Shown here: one piece after another, positions 15,563 to 25,339 of the stretch
Position numbering within the stretch: the first letter of the stretch is position 1
How the letters are laid out: every line of letters starts with the position of its first letter
IMG/VR virus record: IMGVR_UViG_3300047094_001064
Coordinates: 1,140 to 65,139 of that record
Reading direction: 5' to 3' (one strand)
Length of the DNA: 64,000 nucleotides
Source: a virus
Taxonomy: Duplodnaviria > Caudoviricetes
Translations under genes and position numbers: made by a program
Notes under the pieces: generated by a model
Told to the model about the DNA's origin: nothing
Databases searched by the model: none
The model's input: the letters and a program-made list of their open reading frames with translations, nothing else

Positions 15563-18500
15563 ATGGCTAAAACATTAGTAAAACAATATTCATTTACAAA
15601 AGGCGCAGTAGGAGTAGGAACAGTAAAAATTCCTGGTATCGTATCTCTAAATTCACTACTATTAATTACTAACGTTACACGAAATATTATACTTTATAAT
15701 TTTGCGGACTCTGCATTTACTGGAACTACAGTTACATATAGTAGAACAAATACTGATCCTTTTACAACTACATTAGATAACACAGATGGAATTACAACAA
15801 TAACTTTACAAGTAGATACAACTGCACAAAACAATAATGATGTAATTCAAGTTTTTATAGATAAGCCAGAAACTATTGTAAGACCTTGGGAAATGGGTAC
15901 AGATGCATTTGAACGTACTCGTACAGCAAATCCTAAGTCAATGATTGACGCTGACTTTGAATATGGATTACAACCTACTAAATGGCAGACAATAGATTTA
16001 TTAAGAGGTTATCCAAGTATATACGAATTACCTGGAACAGACTTAGCAGTATCTTCAGTAACAACTGATGCATCAGTTCCTACCTCAGGAGTAGGAGCAA
16101 GTTTAATTACAATTAACTCAGTTGGTAATCACGGATTTACAGTAGGAACACCAGTCTTAGTTAAAGGATATGCAAATACAATTTTAGGATTTAGTAGAGC
16201 AGAAGGTACATTTTTCATTAATTCTGTTCCAACAGGAAACAGTTTTACATATTACGCTAAAGCAAAAGTTGGTACAACATTCAATGAAGTTTTATCAACT
16301 ACATATACACAAGTTAGGAGAGGTGGTTTATATACTGGTGCTACAATTGGAGTTCCCACATTCACATATAGTAACGTTACATCTCCTTCTACAATTACAG
16401 TTACTTTTGCTACTGCTCACGGATTAGTTCCAGGAACAAGTCTTACAGTAACACAATCAAGTGACAATGGATCTAATAATCATACTTTAGCTTCTGGACC
16501 ATTTTTTGTAGAAACAGTTCCTTCCACAACTACTATAACATATACTGCACGTGCAGCTGGAACTATTACAGGAGTAATATCAGGAGCAGTTTATACTCGA
16601 CCAGATTGTTTTTATATTCATAGACCTTTTGATGGTGGAGTTCAATTAGGTACTGGCGGTCCTCAACACGGAGCACAAGCTATTCGTCAAAGTAAAAAAT
16701 ATGTACGTTATCAATCAGGTAAAGCAATTAATTATAATACAGGTGCTCTTTTTGCTCCTGTTTATGATATTAGATCATTAACATCTACAGGAACAATTGT
16801 TGGTAGTACAGTAACATTAACAACTGATGACACAGATCACGGTTGTCAAGTTGGAGCACAAATATCAATATCTGGAGTTACTACAAGTGGTTATAATGGA
16901 ACATATATTGTTTCAGCAATAACTGATGAAAGAACATTAACTTTTTCAGCTACACAAACATTAGGTGCAACGACAGCAGTTATTGGAAGTCCTTGTACTA
17001 TGTCCGTATTAAATTGGCATGGTTCTACAGTTCGTGCAGGAACTTTTGATGATCAAAACGGAATGTTTTGGCAATATGATGGTCAACAAATGGCGTTAGG
17101 TAGAAGATCGTCAACATTTCAATTATCAGGTGTAGTAAGTGTTAACAGTGATTCAAATGCAGTTACAGGATCAAATACAAGATTTACTCAACAATTAGCA
17201 AATGGACAACGTATAGTAATAAGAGGTATGACACACGTTGTTGCAAATATTATTAGTGATACTTCAATGACAGTTACTCCTGACTATCGAGGAGCCGTTA
17301 ATGCTGTTGGTGTTAAAATATGTAAAACTATAGATTATATTATACCTCAAAATGAATGGAATATGGATCGTTGCGATGGTACAAATGGTCCTTTCAATCC
17401 AAGTGGATATCTTTTAAAACCAGATAAAATGCAAATGATAGGTATGCAATGGACTTGGTATGGTGCAGGATTTATAGATTATATGTTAAGAGGTCCAGAA
17501 GGTAAATATATTTTTGTACACCGTATAAAAAATTCAAATGTAAATACTGAAGCTTATATGAGAACAGGAAACATGCCTGTTCGTTATGAAGTTATAAATG
17601 AAGCTGCAGAATCAGAATTATCTAGTGCAATTAATAGTTCAGTAACAACTTTACCAATAAACGATACAACTTATTTTCCTACTACTGGAACAGTATATAT
17701 TGACAATGAAATTATTAGATACACAGGAAAGAGTACATCTACAGGACCTGGAAATTTAACAGGTTGTACAAGAGCAACAAATTTATCATTATTTACTGCT
17801 GGTAGTTTACGTTCTTTTACAGCTGAAGCTGCTGCTTCTCATAATATAAATGCTGGAGTTATTTTAATAAGTCAAACTGCAACACCAATTATTAGTCATT
17901 GGGGTTCTGCTATGATGTCTGATGGTGGATTTGATGAAGATAGAGGATATATTTTTAACTATCAATCTACAAACACAAGTATTAGCACAAGAAAAACATC
18001 AGCTTTTGCTATTAGATTAGCACCTACAGTATCTAATGCAATCACAGGAGATTTAGGAGTAAGAGAATTATTAAATAGAGCTCAATTATTACTTCAAGGT
18101 ATTGAGGTTACAGCAGGAGGTAGTACGAATTTAAACTCAGCTCTTGTAATTGAAGGAGTTTTAAATCCACAAAATTATCCAACAAACCCTGCTTTAATTA
18201 CTTGGAACACTTTAAACTCAGCAGCTTTTGGAGGACAACCTAGTTTTGCACAAATTGCTACAGGAGCAAGCGTTACATTTAATAATACATTTTCATTATC
18301 TACTACTACTTCAGGAGCAGCGGTAGGTGCAACTACCATACCAGTAGCAAATACAACAGGATTACAAATAGGTGATGATATTATTTCAACTTCTGTAACG
18401 AATGCTTTTGCTGGAAATACTCGTATTACAGCAATAAATGCTGGTACAAGTGTTGTGATTAGTGCTCCACTTATTACAGCTTTAACGGCTAGTGCCAATG

Positions 18501-18739
18501 TTACTTTTTTCCGTAATACTTATGCAGTACCAGGAGAAACTATTTTTTCATTTATTGCAGGACAATCTAGTAGAGACGCTTTAGATTTAGTGAACTTAAA
18601 AGAATTAACAAATACACCAATTGGTGGTAGAGGAACATTTCCAAATGGACCTGATGTCTTGTTTATAAATTTATATTTAACTCAAGGATCTCCAATTTTA
18701 GGTAACGTTATTCTTCGTTGGGGTGAGGCTCAAGCGTAA
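15563..18739 (+). CDS. large virion structural protein (paralogue of 25340..30808)
   Basis: MIDADFEYGLQPTKW, HRPFDGGV, IRQSKKY.RYQSGK, W.WYGAG, AYMRTGN.PVRYE, RWGEAQA end; Thr/Ser/Gly-rich. Confidence 0.8.
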   Translation: MAKTLVKQYSFTKGAVGVGTVKIPGIVSLNSLLLITNVTRNIILYNFADSAFTGTTVTYSRTNTDPFTTTLDNTDGITTITLQVDTTAQNNNDVIQVFIDKPETIVRPWEMGTDAFERTRTANPKSMIDADFEYGLQPTKWQTIDLLRGYPSIYELPGTDLAVSSVTTDASVPTSGVGASLITINSVGNHGFTVGTPVLVKGYANTILGFSRAEGTFFINSVPTGNSFTYYAKAKVGTTFNEVLSTTYTQVRRGGLYTGATIGVPTFTYSNVTSPSTITVTFATAHGLVPGTSLTVTQSSDNGSNNHTLASGPFFVETVPSTTTITYTARAAGTITGVISGAVYTRPDCFYIHRPFDGGVQLGTGGPQHGAQAIRQSKKYVRYQSGKAINYNTGALFAPVYDIRSLTSTGTIVGSTVTLTTDDTDHGCQVGAQISISGVTTSGYNGTYIVSAITDERTLTFSATQTLGATTAVIGSPCTMSVLNWHGSTVRAGTFDDQNGMFWQYDGQQMALGRRSSTFQLSGVVSVNSDSNAVTGSNTRFTQQLANGQRIVIRGMTHVVANIISDTSMTVTPDYRGAVNAVGVKICKTIDYIIPQNEWNMDRCDGTNGPFNPSGYLLKPDKMQMIGMQWTWYGAGFIDYMLRGPEGKYIFVHRIKNSNVNTEAYMRTGNMPVRYEVINEAAESELSSAINSSVTTLPINDTTYFPTTGTVYIDNEIIRYTGKSTSTGPGNLTGCTRATNLSLFTAGSLRSFTAEAAASHNINAGVILISQTATPIISHWGSAMMSDGGFDEDRGYIFNYQSTNTSISTRKTSAFAIRLAPTVSNAITGDLGVRELLNRAQLLLQGIEVTAGGSTNLNSALVIEGVLNPQNYPTNPALITWNTLNSAAFGGQPSFAQIATGASVTFNNTFSLSTTTSGAAVGATTIPVANTTGLQIGDDIISTSVTNAFAGNTRITAINAGTSVVISAPLITALTASANVTFFRNTYAVPGETIFSFIAGQSSRDALDLVNLKELTNTPIGGRGTFPNGPDVLFINLYLTQGSPILGNVILRWGEAQA

Positions 18740-18901
18740 TTCGTCCACTTCTTTACACCAATCAGTAATTTCATCTTCAGCCATAACGTTAGAAAAACCA
18801 CTATATCTTACTAAAAATATTTTTTTACCCCACGCATTTAAACCCATATGTTCTAATTCGTGTTTTACAACAGATGTTTTCACAGGCAACCTATTATACA
18901 A
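18698..18901 (-). CDS. hypothetical protein
   Basis: 67-aa ORF in a small minus-strand cluster; its 3' end overlaps the convergent structural gene; start uncertain. Confidence 0.45.
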   Translation of the reverse strand: MYNRLPVKTSVVKHELEHMGLNAWGKKIFLVRYSGFSNVMAEDEITDWCKEVDELRLSLTPTKNNVT

Positions 18902-19011
18902 GCAGCTTCAGCATACTTTACAATATATTTTGCACCTACGTAAAATAAAATATATGAACCAGTTACAATAGAACCAGCTAATAGTAGAGATTTAACATCA
19001 TTTTTAGTCAT
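18880..19011 (-). CDS. 43-aa membrane peptide
   Basis: MTKNDVKSLLLAGSIVTGSYILFYVGAKYIVKYAEAACIIGCL, downstream of a sigma70-like promoter. Confidence 0.5.
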   Translation of the reverse strand: MTKNDVKSLLLAGSIVTGSYILFYVGAKYIVKYAEAACIIGCL

Positions 19012-19040
19012 TTTTTTATTTTTGTTGTTAATATACATAT

Positions 19041-19069
19041 AATATACACTGTATTTTTCATTAAAACAA
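19041..19069 (-). promoter_or_regulatory. sigma70-like early promoter
   Basis: TTGTTT, 17 bp, TATATT on the minus strand. Confidence 0.5.
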
Positions 19070-19241
19070 GGGTTAAATTGGTATTTTTTAAAGAAATATG
19101 TCAATAAAATCAATGACTTATCTATTATGATTAAAAAAATCAAACTAAATAGTAAATATATGATTGATTTTGACAAAATTGATGATTTATCATTTATGAT
19201 TGATGATATTGATTCGAAAAAACGAAAAAAGGTAAAAAATT

Positions 19242-19391
19242 ATGGCAAAAAAAGTAAAAGGAAATACAAATTCCTCAAAAAAAGATAGTACACCTAAAAA
19301 AACAAGTATAGGTCGTGGGCACTTCAGTACAAAAACATTAAACAAACATAAAAAAAGAAGTTTAAAACCTTATAGAGGTCAAGGTAGATAA
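19242..19391 (+). CDS. small basic protein ending YRGQGR (seen in marine T4-like phages)
   Basis: MAKKVKGNTNSSKKDSTPKKTSIGRGHFSTKTLNKHKKRSLKPYRGQGR; stop overlaps the PAAR ATG. Confidence 0.7.
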   Translation: MAKKVKGNTNSSKKDSTPKKTSIGRGHFSTKTLNKHKKRSLKPYRGQGR

Positions 19392-19690
19392 TGCCAGCAG
19401 TTTGCAGACAAGGAGATACTCTTACTACTGGACATTCTTGTTCAAGTACAACAACTTTAGACGTACCAAGTCAAGGTACAGTAAGAGCCAACGGAATATT
19501 AATTGCAAGAGTTGATGACGTAACAGTTTCTCATTCTGCCCCTCCCGCACCTCCTTGTCCCAATCACGTTAGATTTGTTAATATGGGCTCTTCTACAGTT
19601 AGTGTTGTAGGTAAATTTATTGCAAGAATAGGTGACTCAACAGATTCAGGCGAAATGATTACAGGTTCTGCTAATGTCTTTGCTGGGTAA
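19391..19690 (+). CDS. PAAR spike-tip protein (gp5.4-like)
   Basis: MPAVCR.GD...GH.C, V.ANG...AR.DD....H, H......GS.TV...G...ARIGD, GS.NVFAG. Confidence 0.92.
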   Translation: MPAVCRQGDTLTTGHSCSSTTTLDVPSQGTVRANGILIARVDDVTVSHSAPPAPPCPNHVRFVNMGSSTVSVVGKFIARIGDSTDSGEMITGSANVFAG

Positions 19691-19692
19691 CG

Positions 19693-19700
19693 TATAAATA
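19693..19700 (+). promoter_or_regulatory. T4-type late promoter
   Basis: TATAAATA 7 nt before the gp25 ATG. Confidence 0.75.
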
Positions 19701-19707
19701 TTGTAAT

Positions 19708-20142
19708 ATGCCAAATTACGATGCATCAAGTACAGTTTCCTTAAACAAAAGTAAACGAGCTACTAGATTATATAAAGATTTAGATTTAGATTTCGGTCGT
19801 AATTTAGTAACAAATGATGTTAATAAATTGACTGATGTTGAAGCTGTTAAAAGAAGTGTTCGTAACTTAATTAACACATCACACTTTGAAAGACCTTTCC
19901 ATCCAGAGATAGGTTCTAATGTTAGAGCGATGTTATTTGAACCAATGACGCCGTTAACTGCATTGAATTTGCAAAGAAAGGTACAAGAAGTATTAATTAA
20001 TTTTGAACCTAGAATAAGATTAGTTCAAATATTAGCAAGACCTGATTATGATAAAAATTCTTATGATTTAAGAATTATGTTTTATGTTGTAGGAACACAA
20101 GAACCGGTAGAAGTGCAAACATTTTTAGAAAGATTAAGATAA
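19708..20142 (+). CDS. gp25: baseplate wedge subunit
   Basis: YKDLDL.F......DV..L.D.EAVKRSVRNL..T...ERPF.P.IGS....LFE, FEPRI, LERLR. Confidence 0.95.
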   Translation: MPNYDASSTVSLNKSKRATRLYKDLDLDFGRNLVTNDVNKLTDVEAVKRSVRNLINTSHFERPFHPEIGSNVRAMLFEPMTPLTALNLQRKVQEVLINFEPRIRLVQILARPDYDKNSYDLRIMFYVVGTQEPVEVQTFLERLR

Positions 20143-20143
20143 G

Positions 20144-22003
20144 ATGGCAAGTAATAAATTAGAAATATCAGATTTTGATTTTGACAGTATAAAAGCCAAT
20201 TTAAAAACATTTTTACAAAGTCAATCAGAATTCCAAGATTATAATTTTGAAGGTTCTGGATTTTCAATTCTTTTAGATACACTTGCTTACAATACACACT
20301 ACCTAGGTTTTAATGCTAATATGTTAGCTAATGAAATGTACTTAGATAGTGCTGACATTAGAAAAAATATTGTGTCATTAGCAAAGATGTTAGGTTACAC
20401 ACCAACTTCAGTAAGAACACCTATTGCAAATATTAATATAGCTGTCAATGATGGAACAGGTAATTCAATTACTATGACAAAAGGAACTACATTTACATCT
20501 ACTGTAGATGGTATTGGATATCAATTTATAACAAATTCGGATATAACAATTACTCCTATCAATGGAGTTTATAATTTTTCAAACGTATCAATATATGAAG
20601 GCACTCCTGTTTCATTTAGATATGTGGTAGATACAAATGACCCAGATCAAAAATTTGTAATACCAAGTTCTTTAGCTGATACATCAACACTTGTTGTTAA
20701 AGTACAAAATAGTTCAGTTGATACAACTACATTTACATATTCATTAGCTAATGGATTACAAAACGTTTCAAATTTAACAAAAGCATATTTTTTACAAGAG
20801 GCAGAAGATGGTAAATTTGAAGTTTATTTTGGTGATGGAATAATAGGTACATCTTTAATAGATGGTAACATAGTCATCTTAGAATATATCGTTACAAATG
20901 CTACAGGAGCCAATGGAGCAGCTACATTTTCTGCAACTTCTACTATAAGTGGATTTAGTAATTTAACTATAACAGTAAATTCAGTTGCACAAGGTGGAAC
21001 TTCTGCCGAAAGTAAAGAGTCAATTCGTTTCAATGCTCCTTTAAATTATGCAGCACAAAATAGAGCAGTAACTACAACTGATTATGAAACAATTGTTAAA
21101 TCAATTTATCCAAATGCTCAATCTGTAAGTGCTTGGGGTGGAGAAGATGAAGAAAATCCTGTTTATGGTACAGTTAAAATTGCAATTAAACCATTGTCTG
21201 GTTCATCATTAACATCGGCTACTAAAGCAAGTATTGTTACTCAATTAAAAAAATATAATGTTGCGTCTGTTAGACCTGTAATTGTTGATCCCGAAACTAC
21301 TACAATATTATTAACGTCATATGTTAAATATGATCAAAAGTCAACTACTAAAACAGCTGAAAATTTAAAAACAGATATAGTATCATCATTAACAAATTAT
21401 AATAATAGTACTTTACAAAAATTTGACAGTATTTTTAGATATTCAAAAATATTAAGATTGATAGATGATGCTGATACGAGTATTGTATCAAATATTACTA
21501 CATTAAAAATAAGAAAAACATTTACACCCATATTAGAATCTTCAACTAGATACGATATTTACTTTAGAAACCCAGCATATAATCCAGTTGAAGGATATAA
21601 TGCTTTAAATGGTGGTATTTTAGAATCAAGTGGTTTTAAAATATATGGAGATAGTACAAATGTTTATTTTTTAGATGATGATGGTTTAGGAAATGTAAGA
21701 AGATACAGATTGACAGGTTCAGTAAAAATTTATAATGCAACACCACAGGGTACGATTAATTATTTAACAGGTCAAATTACTTTAAATTCATTAAACGTAT
21801 CAGATGTTGAGGATATTAGAGGAGAACTATCTACAGCTATTGAATTAACTATTAAGCCAAATTCTAATGACATAGTTCCAGTAAGAGATCAAATTATTAA
21901 TATTGATATTTCAAATTCTACAATCATTGTTGACCCAGATACTTTTTTAGGAGGTTCAGCTGATGCAGGTATAGGTTATACAACAACACCTAGTAACAAT
22001 TAA
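20144..22003 (+). CDS. gp6: baseplate wedge subunit
   Basis: DFD.IK.NLK.FL..Q.EF.DYNFEGS, LAYNTHY, NEMYLDSA..R, FGDG..G, QNRAVT..DY, WGGE. Confidence 0.96.
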   Translation: MASNKLEISDFDFDSIKANLKTFLQSQSEFQDYNFEGSGFSILLDTLAYNTHYLGFNANMLANEMYLDSADIRKNIVSLAKMLGYTPTSVRTPIANINIAVNDGTGNSITMTKGTTFTSTVDGIGYQFITNSDITITPINGVYNFSNVSIYEGTPVSFRYVVDTNDPDQKFVIPSSLADTSTLVVKVQNSSVDTTTFTYSLANGLQNVSNLTKAYFLQEAEDGKFEVYFGDGIIGTSLIDGNIVILEYIVTNATGANGAATFSATSTISGFSNLTITVNSVAQGGTSAESKESIRFNAPLNYAAQNRAVTTTDYETIVKSIYPNAQSVSAWGGEDEENPVYGTVKIAIKPLSGSSLTSATKASIVTQLKKYNVASVRPVIVDPETTTILLTSYVKYDQKSTTKTAENLKTDIVSSLTNYNNSTLQKFDSIFRYSKILRLIDDADTSIVSNITTLKIRKTFTPILESSTRYDIYFRNPAYNPVEGYNALNGGILESSGFKIYGDSTNVYFLDDDGLGNVRRYRLTGSVKIYNATPQGTINYLTGQITLNSLNVSDVEDIRGELSTAIELTIKPNSNDIVPVRDQIINIDISNSTIIVDPDTFLGGSADAGIGYTTTPSNN

Positions 22004-22005
22004 CA

Positions 22006-24609
22006 ATGACAAAGTTTAAAAACAAAATATCTAACCTGATAAATTCTCAGGTTCCAGAATTTGTATTATCAGAGCACCCTAAATTTTTAGAATTTTTAAA
22101 AGTGTATTACACTTTTATGGAATCTGCTGAATTAAATATTACAGGAATTCAAACTACTGATGGTATTGCTTTAGAAGCAGAAAGTCAAGTATTACAAAAC
22201 ATATTATTAGATGGAACACGTATTGAATCAGATAGAACACCAGCAGATGAGGGTGATAAATTAATTTTAGAAAGTTCTTCTTTTGGTAAATTTACTAGAG
22301 GTGAAATAATACAAGGACAAACATCAAAAGCACAATCAACAATATTAGCAGAAGATATAGATAGCTCTAAACTATATATTTCTTCTCAAAATAAATTTAT
22401 AATGGGCGAAACCGTACTTGGTTTAACGTCTAACGCAAGTGCAATTGTAAATAACTATCGTCCTAATCCAGTAACAAATATACAAGAATTATTAGACTTT
22501 AGAGATCCTGATAAAGTAATCTCTAATTTTTTAAAACAATTTAGAAATGAATTATTTGCTACTTTACCTGACAAAGTTGATGATAATATTAATAAAAGAA
22601 CATTAATAAAAAATATTAAATCTTTATATCGTTTAAAAGGTACAAATGTAGGTAATCAAATATTTTTTAGATTATTATTTGGTTTAGAATCAGAAACTTC
22701 ATACCCTAGAGAACAAGTTTTAAGACTTTCAGATGGTAAATGGAATACAAGTAAAATATTAAGAGGAATAGCAACACAGGGTGATACAGGTTTATTGATA
22801 GGTAGAACAATATTGGGTGTAACTTCAGGAACTACTGCCATAATTGAAAACGTATTTAAATTTCAAATTGGTAGTGATGAGATAACCGAATTTGTTTTGA
22901 ACACTAGTTCTATTTCAGGCAATTTTATTATAGGAGAAGAAGTTAGAGGAACACAATTTGATAATGATTTCAATTTTATAAAAGTAAACGTTACAGGATT
23001 ACCAAATATTCCCGTTATAACAAATTCAGGAAATTTATATACAGAAAATACAGTAATTGATTTAATAAGTGGTGGTCAAGGAGCATTAATACAAGTAGAA
23101 AATGTTGGTCGTTCAGGATTGACAGATATATTTGTAGAAAATGGAGGAACAAATTACGAAATAGGTGATGATGTAGTATTTAATAATGCAAATACTAATG
23201 GTGGAGCTGCTGTTGCTAAAGTTTCAGTTGTAAATGGTGGATTTACACAAGAAGAAAGTTCAAGTTTAATTGACGATCATATTATTTTAGAAGATGAAAC
23301 TGTTAAAGGTGATTTATATGTAGGAAATAAATTTGTACAAGAATCTAGCACTGGAAATAAAGATATTACTGATGTTAGACTTATAAATCCAGGTTATAAT
23401 TATTCTAATTTACCTACAGCAACTGTAAATAGTTTTTTAGGTGCTTCTGCCGTATTAAAAACATACAGTCCTAATATTGGAAAAATTTTATCATTAAAAA
23501 TAGTAGAACCTGGTAAAGGATATCAAAATTCTCCTGCTCTTACTTTAAATCTTCCAGTTAATCTATTTTATTTAAATCGTGCAGGAACATTTTTAGTTGG
23601 AGAAACTGTATCTGCTTTAAGTAACGATAATTCTACTATAATTACAGGAACATTAAGATCTCAAAATAGTGGAATAAACGTTTTATATTTAAATCCTGTA
23701 TCTGGTACGTTTAAAAAAAATGCAACTATAACTGGATTAACTTCAGGAGCAACTGCAACAATAAAAGAATTTAATCAAGCAACTGCAACTTCTAATATTG
23801 TTTCAGTTTTAAATACTAATGGAACTTATATAAATCAAGACGGACAAGTTTCAGAAAATACAATTAAAATACAAGATAGTTTATTATATCAAGATTTTTC
23901 TTATATTATAAAAGTAGGAAGAACAATTAATGATTGGAGAGATAGTTTTAAAAAAACAAACCATTCTGCAGGATTTTATTTTATAAGCACTTTAAATATC
24001 GAATCAAATCTAAACGTAAGAATATCATCTCCTGTTGCTGGAATAACTTCAGGCATTATTGATACGCCTATATACAGTGTTGTCAACACGTTATTTGCTA
24101 CAATTTTTGGTAGAAGATTAGGAACATTAACAGATGGAACTTCTTTAAGAGCAAATGCTAATAGAGGAGTAGCAGCAGATTTAAATCCTGCAACAATTGA
24201 ACATTTTACACCTAATACTAGAGATTTAACTTTAATATCAAAAAATAATTTTAACTTTGTTTTGAAAGAAAATACAAATATAAGAAATAATGATACAAGA
24301 TTTGGTAGAGCTCTTAGTATTAATTTAAAATCATTGGATTCTTTGTTATTAGATCAAAATTTTTCTACACAAATAGATTTACAACAATTAAGTTCAGTTA
24401 CACTTATAGGAACTAAAAATGTTGCAATAGATGGTGAATCATTAAATATGGGAGATTTTCTATTTAAAAATAAAACGTATTTTACAATACCATCTGAATC
24501 AACAAGAGATTTAACAAATGGAGCAGATACTTTTGATGAAGATATCAACACTTTTGATAATACTATTGTAACAACTGACGCCACTCCTGTTCCTAATCCG
24601 GGTATATAA
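22006..24609 (+). CDS. baseplate wedge initiator (gp7-like)
   Basis: Q.PEFV...HP.F.EFLK.YY, IKNIK.LY..KGT.....FFR.LFG, SDGKW, IQDS..YQDFSY.IK, H.AGF; follows gp6. Confidence 0.75.
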   Translation: MTKFKNKISNLINSQVPEFVLSEHPKFLEFLKVYYTFMESAELNITGIQTTDGIALEAESQVLQNILLDGTRIESDRTPADEGDKLILESSSFGKFTRGEIIQGQTSKAQSTILAEDIDSSKLYISSQNKFIMGETVLGLTSNASAIVNNYRPNPVTNIQELLDFRDPDKVISNFLKQFRNELFATLPDKVDDNINKRTLIKNIKSLYRLKGTNVGNQIFFRLLFGLESETSYPREQVLRLSDGKWNTSKILRGIATQGDTGLLIGRTILGVTSGTTAIIENVFKFQIGSDEITEFVLNTSSISGNFIIGEEVRGTQFDNDFNFIKVNVTGLPNIPVITNSGNLYTENTVIDLISGGQGALIQVENVGRSGLTDIFVENGGTNYEIGDDVVFNNANTNGGAAVAKVSVVNGGFTQEESSSLIDDHIILEDETVKGDLYVGNKFVQESSTGNKDITDVRLINPGYNYSNLPTATVNSFLGASAVLKTYSPNIGKILSLKIVEPGKGYQNSPALTLNLPVNLFYLNRAGTFLVGETVSALSNDNSTIITGTLRSQNSGINVLYLNPVSGTFKKNATITGLTSGATATIKEFNQATATSNIVSVLNTNGTYINQDGQVSENTIKIQDSLLYQDFSYIIKVGRTINDWRDSFKKTNHSAGFYFISTLNIESNLNVRISSPVAGITSGIIDTPIYSVVNTLFATIFGRRLGTLTDGTSLRANANRGVAADLNPATIEHFTPNTRDLTLISKNNFNFVLKENTNIRNNDTRFGRALSINLKSLDSLLLDQNFSTQIDLQQLSSVTLIGTKNVAIDGESLNMGDFLFKNKTYFTIPSESTRDLTNGADTFDEDINTFDNTIVTTDATPVPNPGI

Positions 24610-24625
24610 AGTTTATGAATAAGTA

Positions 24626-24645
24626 TATAAATAGTCGTATAAATA
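24626..24645 (+). promoter_or_regulatory. tandem late promoters
   Basis: TATAAATA at 24626-24633 and 24638-24645. Confidence 0.75.
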
Positions 24646-24663
24646 ATATAAAAGGAATTACAA

Positions 24664-25338
24664 TTGTCTAAACAATCAGTTAATATTGGAAGTGTAGCAA
24701 ACGACGGTACAGGTACAACACTACGTGCTGGCGGTAATATAATCAATTCTAATTTTACAGAACTATATAACAATTTAGGTGACGGTAGTAATTTAAAAAT
24801 AAACGTTGCTGGTGCATCAGCTAATAATGTTTTAATATATGATTCGGCAAATGCTAGATTTCAACCTGGTGCTGTGGCAGCTACATACTCACTATTTGTA
24901 CAAGGTACTTCTGGTGCAGCTCAACTATTAAATAGTGGAGACACATTAAATATATTAGCTGGTACTGGTATTAATACAATATCAGCATCAACAGATACAG
25001 TTACAGTTTCAGTTGATAATAGTGTTGTTACTCTTACAGGCAATCAAACTTTAACTAATAAAGTTTTGACTTCTCCTGTTATAAATGGAGGAACAACTCT
25101 TACAGCAACATCAACAGAATTAAATTTATTAACTGGAGCAACTGGTATAATTACAGCAAATAATGCAGTAACTTTAACAAATAAAACAATTAATGGATCA
25201 AACAATACAATTACAAACATTAATGCTTCTTCTATAGGAAGTGGAAATGTTTCAAATACAGAATTTGAATACTTAGATGGTGTATCAAGTAATATTCAAA
25301 ATCAATTGTATGTTTTATCTGTGGCATTAGGTTCTTAA
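24664..25338 (+). CDS. fibre connector with gp9/gp10-type N-terminus
   Basis: KQ.VNIG..ANDGTG.TLR.GG..IN.NF.ELY, QTLTNK repeats, ends VALGS; TTG start with AAGGA RBS. Confidence 0.75.
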   Translation: MSKQSVNIGSVANDGTGTTLRAGGNIINSNFTELYNNLGDGSNLKINVAGASANNVLIYDSANARFQPGAVAATYSLFVQGTSGAAQLLNSGDTLNILAGTGINTISASTDTVTVSVDNSVVTLTGNQTLTNKVLTSPVINGGTTLTATSTELNLLTGATGIITANNAVTLTNKTINGSNNTITNINASSIGSGNVSNTEFEYLDGVSSNIQNQLYVLSVALGS

Positions 25339-25339
25339 T

